This document shows, piece after piece, positions 17,565 to 25,249 of a DNA stretch of 46,193 bases (within the stretch, counting starts at the first letter, position 1; the number at the start of each line of letters is the position of its first letter). The stretch lies in the IMG/VR virus record IMGVR_UViG_3300045988_103144; one strand, 5' to 3'. The notes under the pieces are model-generated. The model made no database searches. It was not told where the DNA came from and saw nothing but the letters and a program-made list of their open reading frames with translations. The translations under genes and the position numbers were made by a program. The DNA is from a virus.

Positions 17565-18803
17565 ATGGCAAAATCTCGTTTTCGCTTAGATGTTCGTAGG
17601 GCATTAAAAGATGGTACGTACCCGATTCAGATTATAGTAGGGCACGGCACTAACATCTATCTTGGTACTGGTGTCTATGCCTCGGTTGGTGAGTGGGATG
17701 CCCGGACACAACAATACATTGGCAAAGGGGCACGGCGTATTAACGCCGCTCTTGTCTCTATGCTCGCTATGGTTACTAACCGCATTATGGAATTAAAGGA
17801 GACTGGGCAATGGCCGAAATTATCACGTAGGCAAATCAAACAAATGCTTACCGACTTGGAATTGGAAAAGCCCACCATTGATGTACCTACGCTTAGTGAC
17901 GTATTTTCGTCAATGTGTGAGGGGCGCGCCGATCGCACTAAGGGGATAACCAAAAGTGCATCGTTAAAGATACAGGCATTTGGCTATGATCCGGCAAAGC
18001 TGCACTTTGAGCAAATAACTACTACGTGGTTAGATGATTTCTACGCGTCGATGTCTGGGCTATCAATTAATACGAAAGCGGCATACATGAAAGCTGTTAA
18101 GCGCGCGTTTAACTGGGCAATAGACCACAATATTACAACTAATGATCCTTTCAGACACTACCGCATAAAGGTAGAAGAAACTCGTATGAGGGATTTGCCG
18201 ATAGAGAAAATGAGGCAATTGTTAGACTTACCACTACAGGGGCTTTATCCTGAATATCGTGATTTGTTCATGCTTACCTTTTACCTGATAGGCATTAATA
18301 CGGTTGATCTTGCCGACTGCACGTTAGATAGCATCGTTAATGGTCGCTTGGAATACCGCCGACACAAAACAAATAAGCTATATAGCATTAAGATTGAGCC
18401 GGAAGCAATGGAGATAATAAACCGCTATAAGGGCAAAAAGCACCTCATACGTTGCTTTGATAGGTACAAAGACTATAAAGCCTTACAGGGTAGCGTTAAT
18501 AACGCTCTATCTAAAATAGGCCCTGCCCGGTTGGATGATAACGGAAATTTCGTTTTTACTCGAAACCACCGAAAAGAAATGCAACCTTTGGAAAAGGGGC
18601 TATCTTTGTACTGGGCGCGTTACTCCTGGGCGACGTATGCCGCCGACTTGGATATACCTAAAGACACTATCAGTGAGGCTTTGGGACACTCCCACGGCGC
18701 AAAGGTTACAGGTGTGTATATAAAGTACAATAGGGATAAAGTGGATGCCGCAAACCGCAAAGTTATAGACTACGTATTGGGTAAAGCAAACCGCCCGGGC
18801 TAA
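17565..18803 (+). CDS. int: Tyrosine site-specific integrase
   Basis: 412 aa with a Bacteroides-type N-terminal arm-binding region. C-terminal catalytic region: RHKT...YWARYSWAT...ALGHSHGAKVTGVYIKY. Confidence 0.85.
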   Translation: MAKSRFRLDVRRALKDGTYPIQIIVGHGTNIYLGTGVYASVGEWDARTQQYIGKGARRINAALVSMLAMVTNRIMELKETGQWPKLSRRQIKQMLTDLELEKPTIDVPTLSDVFSSMCEGRADRTKGITKSASLKIQAFGYDPAKLHFEQITTTWLDDFYASMSGLSINTKAAYMKAVKRAFNWAIDHNITTNDPFRHYRIKVEETRMRDLPIEKMRQLLDLPLQGLYPEYRDLFMLTFYLIGINTVDLADCTLDSIVNGRLEYRRHKTNKLYSIKIEPEAMEIINRYKGKKHLIRCFDRYKDYKALQGSVNNALSKIGPARLDDNGNFVFTRNHRKEMQPLEKGLSLYWARYSWATYAADLDIPKDTISEALGHSHGAKVTGVYIKYNRDKVDAANRKVIDYVLGKANRPG

Positions 18804-18846
18804 CCTCTCGGTCGGCTCCGGGCTTGCACTATCAAGAAAACAGATT

Positions 18847-19380
18847 TTATTTTTTTCTCCGTAGATATAAGAATATAACATAAATAATCGCCGCTACGCA
18901 ACATAAAAAGCCAATATGGTAAATTGTACGCTGATACCATTTTAAGGCTTTCACGCCCTGTTTCTGTGGCTCTCTGCTGGCTTGTTTGTTGTCTCGGCTC
19001 TGCACTGCATTTGCTTGCAGCTTATGGGTGTTGGTGCTGTCCTTGCTCTGGGTGACGTTCTCAGCTTTCTTCTGGGCGGCTTTCTTGCCGTGTTGGTATG
19101 ACTTCACGCCATCGGCTTTCAGGTTGCCCAAAGTGTCAATCGTGAGTGTACCGCCGTTATTGGCAAACTCGATGTACCCCCAATCGCTAAAATACGTTAG
19201 CGTGGTCCGGCTGTCGGTTTGGATAGTACCTACGTGGATACTATCGGTTGCTAACTTGGTGGTGTCGGTTTCCTCTCTTGTAGTTGTGGATGATTCCGAT
19301 ACCGCCTTTTTTGTCGTCTTGCAGCCTATCAGCCCAAACAAGGCTAACAGGCACATACAGATAGTTATAAACTTCTTCAT
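18847..19380 (-). CDS. Unimolecular-spanin-like lipoprotein (N-terminal lipobox, C-terminal TM)
   Basis: 177 aa counted from the ATG at 19380. MKKFITICMCLLALFGLIGC is a lipobox. The C-terminal TM is IGFLCCVAAIIYVIFLYL followed by RRKK. It lies directly after the endolysin gene. Confidence 0.55.
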   Translation of the reverse strand: MKKFITICMCLLALFGLIGCKTTKKAVSESSTTTREETDTTKLATDSIHVGTIQTDSRTTLTYFSDWGYIEFANNGGTLTIDTLGNLKADGVKSYQHGKKAAQKKAENVTQSKDSTNTHKLQANAVQSRDNKQASREPQKQGVKALKWYQRTIYHIGFLCCVAAIIYVIFLYLRRKK

Positions 19381-19387
19381 CGGCTCA

Positions 19388-19825
19388 TTATTTAATGTCT
19401 TTGTACTCCTTAGTAGCGTCAAAACTTGGGCACGCCTTGGCCGCAAAGTCTCGGTGTCCGTGGATTGTAGCGTTAGGGTAACGGTGCTTTAACTCTGTAA
19501 GCAACTTTACCAAAGCCGCCTTTTGCTCTGGTGTTCGGGTGTCCTTTGGTGTCTTCCCATCGGATGCCAAACCGCCCACATACACCACACCAATACTATT
19601 AGCGTTGTGCTTCAGGCAATGTGCCCCCACCTCGCTTTCTGGTCGGCCTGGTTCTACCGTTCCGTCCAAATCTACTACATGATGGTAGCCAATTCCATTC
19701 CAACCTTTAGCCTTGTGCCATCTGTCAATGTCTGCCGCCTTAAAGTTCTTACCCTCGGCGGTTGCCGTACAATGTACGATGATCTCATTAATCTTTCTCA
19801 TATTAATAACCATTTTGTGGGTCAC
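19388..19825 (-). CDS. N-acetylmuramoyl-L-alanine amidase (Amidase_2/PGRP) endolysin
   Basis: 145 aa with IIVHCTAT, GYHHVV and HGHRDFAAKACPSFD zinc-ligand motifs. Confidence 0.85.
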   Translation of the reverse strand: MTHKMVINMRKINEIIVHCTATAEGKNFKAADIDRWHKAKGWNGIGYHHVVDLDGTVEPGRPESEVGAHCLKHNANSIGVVYVGGLASDGKTPKDTRTPEQKAALVKLLTELKHRYPNATIHGHRDFAAKACPSFDATKEYKDIK

Positions 19826-20159
19826 GTTTAGTGCAACCCTTAATTACACACTTATAGTGTTGCAGTTCTAATTCTAACTGCGCCTTATCCTTGTTGAGCT
19901 GCAAAATATCTAAATTCTGCTTTCTCACCAAATCGGTTTGCTCTGCAAATCTCTGCTCTTTATCTTTGAGTTGGGTTTGCAAAAAGTCCATAGCCTCACG
20001 TAAAACGTTAAATTCCACGTTGTCGGCCTCGGCTTCCTCCTTTCGGCGGTTGGTCTTTCGATTCATTACATATTTAATCATTTCCCAACCGCCCAAAGCG
20101 GTAATAACCGATACTACAATTTCAATTACCTGCATGATGCTCGATGCTGTTAAGTTCAT
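19803..20159 (-). CDS. Holin-like protein (one TM plus coiled coil)
   Basis: 118 aa. N-terminal TM is VIEIVVSVITALGGW followed by a charged coiled coil. It overlaps the endolysin start. Confidence 0.35.
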   Translation of the reverse strand: MNLTASSIMQVIEIVVSVITALGGWEMIKYVMNRKTNRRKEEAEADNVEFNVLREAMDFLQTQLKDKEQRFAEQTDLVRKQNLDILQLNKDKAQLELELQHYKCVIKGCTKRDPQNGY

Positions 20160-20266
20160 AAATCACTTTTCCGTCTCGCTGTTCTGTTATTACTACATAT
20201 TTTGTAAGTAGCAATCTAAGCAAACCCATATCCAACCTATCGGATGATAGGGTAATGAGTGCCTTA

Positions 20267-21451
20267 TCAGTAGTCGCCATTTCTAATTCTCTGCATAGTT
20301 TGATACCTCAATTTATGTTTGTTCTTAATTACCAATACTTCGTAGTGCCCTTTGATGTACACATATTCTTTATATATGCGCGGCTCGATCATGTTAAGCA
20401 CTTTACGACGCATAGCATATTCATTGGTATGCCTTAACAAACCTAAATATGAGTTGATACTACATACCGCGTGTAATACCTGACGCTCGTTGTTAGCCTT
20501 GTTTAGTCGCCTGACCGCGGCAATAAAGTTTGTTATTGTTCTGTTACAGGTATAGACACGTCCGGGCTTTACTATTGACCCGGTAAACTCCACGCCTTTG
20601 CTGTAGTGTTGCAAATAAAACTTTTTCTCATTCAGTCGTAAACCTAACTTGGCTAATAGTTCACGTATCTTAGGCACCAACGCCAATAGCTTTTCTTTGT
20701 CCTTATGGATGCAATAGAAGTCGTCTACATATCTGCCATGATGTTTTATACCCTCATTCTCAATATACCAATCAAGCGTATTAAGTAAGAAATTGGCAAA
20801 TATCTGGGCAAACAGGTTGCCGATGGCTACGCCCTTACCCTCACCATTTGTAAATAGTGATTTGTTCTTATCCAACTTCTCCCAATAGCTTAAAGGGCTG
20901 TGCCGTTCACAATTCCTTTCGGGGCTGTGTAAAATAACGACACGGCAAAGGTAGCGCAAATCGTCTATGTCTTCGCCCTTGTAGTACCTGACTATAAAGC
21001 GATCTACCATTTCAGCCAATAACTTTTTGTCGATGCTCATAAAGAAACCTTTTAAGTCAAGTTTCATAATGTAGCAATCTTTCGTGTAATTATTGCTGCA
21101 CTGCCTTATATCTTCTTTCAGCATATTAATACCATAAAGCTGCCCTTTGCCTTTCCTACAATTAAATGTACGCTCGCTAAAGATTTCTTCAAATAGCGGC
21201 GTTAGGCGCAAAGCTATGTAATGGTGTACGATTCTATCTTCAAAGGATGCTGCAAATACCTCTCTGTATCTTGGGCGTGTTACGACAAAGCAAATAGACT
21301 TACCCGGTTGGTATGTTCGGTTATTGATTCTATCACGCAAAGCAATCAAACGGCTTTCGTAGTCCATTTCGTAAACAACCGCGCTCGCTGTCCGTCTCTT
21401 GCTATGGCGACAATCAAAGTAAGCATCTAAAAGCCATTCTGTCGTTACCAT
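20267..21451 (-). CDS. DGR reverse transcriptase
   Basis: 394 aa with the RYVDDFYC catalytic box and the DGR-type GVAIGNLFAQIFANFLLN motif. Its start lies 41 nt downstream of the TR. Confidence 0.85.
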   Translation of the reverse strand: MVTTEWLLDAYFDCRHSKRRTASAVVYEMDYESRLIALRDRINNRTYQPGKSICFVVTRPRYREVFAASFEDRIVHHYIALRLTPLFEEIFSERTFNCRKGKGQLYGINMLKEDIRQCSNNYTKDCYIMKLDLKGFFMSIDKKLLAEMVDRFIVRYYKGEDIDDLRYLCRVVILHSPERNCERHSPLSYWEKLDKNKSLFTNGEGKGVAIGNLFAQIFANFLLNTLDWYIENEGIKHHGRYVDDFYCIHKDKEKLLALVPKIRELLAKLGLRLNEKKFYLQHYSKGVEFTGSIVKPGRVYTCNRTITNFIAAVRRLNKANNERQVLHAVCSINSYLGLLRHTNEYAMRRKVLNMIEPRIYKEYVYIKGHYEVLVIKNKHKLRYQTMQRIRNGDY

Positions 21452-21492
21452 TGTATATTATCATTTGTCACGTTTCTGCTTTCTGTAAATAG

Positions 21493-21600
21493 TGCTGACA
21501 CTGCCCTAACTCTGTTCGTGTTGCTGGCCTTAGTGTTCCAATTGTTCGTATTACCGTCGTTGAGGTTCAGATTCCACGCGTTGGTCGCACTGTTCTCGGT
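21493..21600 (-). ncRNA. DGR template repeat (TR)
   Basis: 108 nt homologous to the 3' ends of two ORFs. Sense strand reads ACCGAGAACAGT...GTGTCAGCA. It is adenine-rich, with 11 AAC/AAT codons in the VR frame. Confidence 0.85.
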
Positions 21601-21663
21601 TGGCCGCAATCTGTGGTCTATTATCTTGTTCTTAGCCGTAAATGACGGCATAAACCCCATTTA

Positions 21664-22080
21664 TTACGGAAAACTGCGCTCTCGGTCTGTCGTAACATTC
21701 CGATTCTGGCTACAAAGCGTATTAACTACTTTGTTTTTCCACGCTGACGATTGTTTACCTATTTCGTCCATTAACTCGATGATATTTGCAAACTTTCCTC
21801 TGCCTTTTATCCATTCCCTTTCTCCGGCAATTCTCATTAGCGTTTTCATTGTCTCAAACTCTGCCTGAAACTCGGTTAGGTGCTTTACTGTCTCGGCTTT
21901 GTCCTTATTGATGTACGACGCCGCTATTTCCTGCATCAGATTAACGCCAATTTCTTGCAGCTTTGCCCCGATGGTGAATTTGTAGGCACGTGGGAAATTT
22001 GGCACTATATCCAAAATGATGTCTAACAACTTTCTTGCATCTAAATAAATCTTTGTACTTGAAACTAATTTTACCGCCAT
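21664..22080 (-). CDS. avd: Accessory variability determinant (Avd, four-helix-bundle protein)
   Basis: 138 aa, helical and basic (…DIVPNFPRAYKFTIGAKLQEIGVNLMQEI…), located between target and TR. Confidence 0.7.
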   Translation of the reverse strand: MAVKLVSSTKIYLDARKLLDIILDIVPNFPRAYKFTIGAKLQEIGVNLMQEIAASYINKDKAETVKHLTEFQAEFETMKTLMRIAGEREWIKGRGKFANIIELMDEIGKQSSAWKNKVVNTLCSQNRNVTTDRERSFP

Positions 22081-22107
22081 TGCTTGTTTATTAAATTGCC
22101 TTATAAT

Positions 22108-22127
22108 GGTACGGCTTTCGCCGTACC
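22108..22127 (-). promoter_or_regulatory. GC-rich hairpin with a GAAA loop downstream of VR1
   Basis: Plus strand reads GGTACGGC-TTTC-GCCGTACC. It is the paralogue of 10204..10221 with a compensatory C:G to T:A change. Confidence 0.6.
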
Positions 22128-22155
22128 TAAAGGTTAAAGACTAAGAAATTAAGAA

Positions 22156-22935
22156 TTAAATAATAAATGCTGACACTGCCCTAACTCTGCCCGTGTTGCT
22201 GGCCTTAGTGCCCCAATAGCTCGTACCTTCGTTGAGGCTCAGATACCACGCGTAGGCCGCACTGCTCTCGGTAGAAGTCCAATACCAATCCTCGACTAAC
22301 TGGGTGGCTCCGGCAATCAGGGACAAAGCATAATTGATTTTTGTCATATTGGCATAAATCATCATCATTTCGCCCAACGATGGCAACCACCATTTACCTG
22401 CTGTCAATCCCTCACCTTTAGCATTTACCCGACTATACAGATTGCAGTAGCCCGGTGCATACTGCGCCGTATTGGTTATTGCATCGGCTCTACTTGCCTT
22501 GATTGTAGCCGCCGTGTTCGTCTTACCGTTCCAATCGTTCATCGCCGTAACACGATCTCCTGTTGTCGTACCGCCCCCGCTAATAGCTGCGCTACTCCAC
22601 GTTAAAGGTGAACTTGATTCAGTAGGGGCCACAACTAAGATTTTGCCGCCCTCTACAATTACTACACCCTCGGCAATTTCGCCGCTGTTTTGGTAGGATG
22701 GCCATTTATAAGGCTTAACCATAAGTGGGAAATTGTCGCTATTACGATGAAACATGATAAAGATACCGTCGTTTATGCTGTCAAGGTTCATACCTGCCAT
22801 CAAAGCGGCTTTGAGGTTCGCTAATGAAATAAGCGTAACCTTTCCGTTTGTGTCCGTTACCGGAAATTTCTGGTCGTTGTTGATGGTCGTTACTGTTGCC
22901 TGGCCACTCAACTTTTTTGTTTTCTTTATTGCCAT
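22156..22935 (-). CDS. DGR target protein 1 (DUF1566/lectin-fold C-terminus carrying VR1); probable receptor-binding tail protein
   Basis: 259 aa. WWLPSLGEMMMIY...WYWTSTESSAAYAWYLSLNEGTSYWGTKASNTGRVRAVSAFII. It is the last gene of the tail-fibre cluster. Confidence 0.85.
   Translation of the reverse strand: MAIKKTKKLSGQATVTTINNDQKFPVTDTNGKVTLISLANLKAALMAGMNLDSINDGIFIMFHRNSDNFPLMVKPYKWPSYQNSGEIAEGVVIVEGGKILVVAPTESSSPLTWSSAAISGGGTTTGDRVTAMNDWNGKTNTAATIKASRADAITNTAQYAPGYCNLYSRVNAKGEGLTAGKWWLPSLGEMMMIYANMTKINYALSLIAGATQLVEDWYWTSTESSAAYAWYLSLNEGTSYWGTKASNTGRVRAVSAFII
22168..22272 (-). repeat. DGR variable repeat VR1 (105 nt, one codon shorter than the TR)
   Basis: Hand alignment to the TR gives 11 adenine-site mismatches, one non-adenine mismatch (GAC to GAA) and loss of one AAT codon. 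Confidence 0.8.
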
Positions 22936-22956
22936 AATTACTACTATTTAAATATT

Positions 22957-23709
22957 CTACCTAATCGCCCAAATCGTTTGTCCGTCTTGCCCTATGCCGA
23001 CAACGTCAAATAGCCCATATCCCAATCCAATTTCTTTAGACTGCGCTAGATCTTTTGAGCCGTGTACCCATATTTTAACTTTACTGTTCTGCGGTGCAAC
23101 AGAAGCATCAGGTGAGGATCGAGTACCGAATGGTGCATAAATCTTAATATTCATACATTCGCCGTTTGGTAACTCCGGTAAAATAATCGGCTTCCACTCT
23201 CCGAATACAACAGCTCCGTCAATATTAGTAATGCTTGACGATATATGCAATCGAATGGATTTTGCCGTAATGTCTCCTGCTACAGTAACATTCTCAAATA
23301 TTCCCGATTTGCAAGTTACATTACCGTCTTTAGCTTGAAAGATGATGTTGCCTTCAGCGTCTTTCATGTCGATGGTCTCCACACCCAAATTTTTGACTAA
23401 AGCATACTGCGTTAACAGTATCTTCGTAGCTACTATTTCCACAGGGTCGGCTAACTTCCAAAGTCCGCTATTGGTGTCGGTTGCACTTCCTGGGTAATTG
23501 CTTGCGGTCTTGGTGTGTGATTTGATGCAAGAATAATAGTATCCACCATACAAAACTACGTCTTTGTAATCCTCGCCGTTTGCTCCGGATTGGAACACAT
23601 AGCCTACGGCGCAATCACTCCACGCTTGTGGGCCTCGTAGTGCCGGGCCCCTGTCGCCTTTACTACCCTTACGTATAAACTTAACTATTCTTGTTATTGA
23701 CACACTCAT
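22957..23709 (-). CDS. Tail fibre/baseplate-associated structural protein (by position)
   Basis: 250-aa co-oriented ORF between the tail genes and DGR target 1. Confidence 0.45.
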   Translation of the reverse strand: MSVSITRIVKFIRKGSKGDRGPALRGPQAWSDCAVGYVFQSGANGEDYKDVVLYGGYYYSCIKSHTKTASNYPGSATDTNSGLWKLADPVEIVATKILLTQYALVKNLGVETIDMKDAEGNIIFQAKDGNVTCKSGIFENVTVAGDITAKSIRLHISSSITNIDGAVVFGEWKPIILPELPNGECMNIKIYAPFGTRSSPDASVAPQNSKVKIWVHGSKDLAQSKEIGLGYGLFDVVGIGQDGQTIWAIR

Positions 23710-23713
23710 AGGC

Positions 23714-24766
23714 TTAACTTTCTGATGTTATAGTTACACTAATATCTCCACCACTTTGCGAACACATAGCACGTGTTACGGAATAGCTTGCAACCGCCGT
23801 TTTTCGCTCGCTGTCACTATTCAGGTAAACACCCGCTGCATCTTTCACAACAAAGAAAAACTTAGCGTCTTTGATTGCTTGCGTGTTAGTTCCACGCTTG
23901 ACGATCCACGGCGTGTAGGTTACTTTGCCGTTGCCGCTCTCATCTTCGCTTATCGCCTCGTCTTCCGGTGTCGGGCGTGCGTCGATGTCGTAGGGGTCGG
24001 ATGCGTCCATAACGCCCTGTATGTCTTTACCAATTTCAACGCCACTACGATTAACAGTCACTCGATATTCGCCGTATGTGTCTATACTGCTGCCTGACAC
24101 TGTAAGCGTCTGAGCGGTCTGTCCGTTGATAACCTCCCAACCACTGGCTCCCATCTTCTCCCACACATAGGTTAAATCTTTGGTGATTTCCCCGTAGTTC
24201 TGGTATGCCATTGCCTTTAAAACGCAACTGCCGCCCTTGTCGGTAATAACAAAGCCCTTGTTATCTCCTGCCATGATTGCAACACGATAACTTGTACCTG
24301 TTGTTTTCTGCACTGGGATTGTATAGGTAGCTTGGATATTATCGCTTTGTGTGCCATAACTGATAGCTGCCACCATCTTGATAGTTACCGGGGCAAAACC
24401 TGCGATTTCTACCAAATTCTTAACAATCTGCAAACCATAGTAGATGTTGTCACCGCTTGGCGCAAACTTCTTAAAGTAGCCTGCAAAAATGCCGCTTGAC
24501 GTATCGCCGTTAAACTCGATTTTCGTACCATTGAAAAAGTACTGCATACTATCAGGCGTTGCCACTCCCTCGGCTACTCGGCTACTCATACAAACAAAGT
24601 TAAGTTTCGGCTTTGTCTGTTCAAAGTTAGGGAACACCTTAGTAACGTCGGATTCTGTGCCGTCCCATTCTTGGTAGATGTCACCATCTGGGCACATGAT
24701 TAATGCCATATAAGTCCCTGCCTTGGCAATAAACTTAATCGTTCGGGTTGTACTCGCTTTGCTCAT
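23714..24766 (-). CDS. Tail fibre/baseplate-associated structural protein (by position)
   Basis: 350-aa ORF, predicted beta-rich. Confidence 0.45.
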   Translation of the reverse strand: MSKASTTRTIKFIAKAGTYMALIMCPDGDIYQEWDGTESDVTKVFPNFEQTKPKLNFVCMSSRVAEGVATPDSMQYFFNGTKIEFNGDTSSGIFAGYFKKFAPSGDNIYYGLQIVKNLVEIAGFAPVTIKMVAAISYGTQSDNIQATYTIPVQKTTGTSYRVAIMAGDNKGFVITDKGGSCVLKAMAYQNYGEITKDLTYVWEKMGASGWEVINGQTAQTLTVSGSSIDTYGEYRVTVNRSGVEIGKDIQGVMDASDPYDIDARPTPEDEAISEDESGNGKVTYTPWIVKRGTNTQAIKDAKFFFVVKDAAGVYLNSDSERKTAVASYSVTRAMCSQSGGDISVTITSES

Positions 24767-24772
24767 AGTTCC

Positions 24773-25228
24773 TTACTTTTTGGTTTCACTTTCTGTTTGC
24801 TCACTCTCTGACGCTTCCGGCTGTTGGTCGCCCTCCGAATTTTCCTCGTTGGCCTGGCCCTCGTTGCTGTTGCCGCCATTGTCGGTGCTCTCTGTGTTCT
24901 CGCCCTTACCATCTGCGCCCTGCTCGGTGTTGGTGTTGTCACCTAAGATAGCATCATTAACGTTAGCCTTAATAGGCTGCTGAAAGCGTGCATCGGTTGC
25001 CATCGGCAAAGGTCGGCAAATAGTACCGTCTTGCTCGCTTCTCGCCTCATGCGGCATAAGTGCAATACCTCCAATCTTAACCAATATGTCGTTAAGTTGG
25101 GTTAGTGGGCCAAATTTCAACATATCGTTTTGCCATAACAGATAGTTGCCATCACTCACCTTGTTACGTTCGTCCTCCAATTGCAAGTATTGTGCAACCA
25201 ATGGATTTGCTTTAATGTATCTTGCCAT
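24773..25228 (-). CDS. Hypothetical virion-module protein with an acidic low-complexity C-terminus
   Basis: 151-aa ORF. Confidence 0.45.
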   Translation of the reverse strand: MARYIKANPLVAQYLQLEDERNKVSDGNYLLWQNDMLKFGPLTQLNDILVKIGGIALMPHEARSEQDGTICRPLPMATDARFQQPIKANVNDAILGDNTNTEQGADGKGENTESTDNGGNSNEGQANEENSEGDQQPEASESEQTESETKK

Positions 25229-25249
25229 AATCTTATATTGATTAAATTG

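Larger units (their letters stand above)
20267..22935 (-). other. Diversity-generating retroelement cassette (target1/VR1 - avd - TR - RT)
   Basis: Canonical gene order plus TR/VR repeats with adenine-specific mismatches. Confidence 0.85.

Noticed and set aside
19381-19446. Longer N-terminus (MRPRRAQVLTLL...) for the spanin-like ORF
   Set aside because: It overlaps the endolysin gene end. The internal ATG at 19380 gives a canonical signal peptide and lipobox right at the N-terminus.
20235-20250. Small hairpin CCTATC-GGAT-GATAGG after the RT stop as a terminator
   Set aside because: The stem is only 6 bp with no U-tract on the sense strand. That is insufficient to call.
20267-21451. Alternative reading of the reverse transcriptase as a retron or group II intron RT
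   Set aside because: A TR/VR repeat system with adenine-specific mismatches, an Avd-like gene and the IGxxx(S/A)Q-type motif all fit a DGR. No msr/msd-like inverted repeats or intron RNA domains were seen.
21445-21660. 71-aa ORF (MGFMPSFTAKNK...TENSATNAWNLNLNDGNTNNWNTKASNTNRVRAVSALF...) listed in the ORF track
   Set aside because: It is the DGR template repeat read in the VR frame. The Asn-rich segment is the non-coding TR RNA. The ORF also overlaps the RT start and has no independent support.
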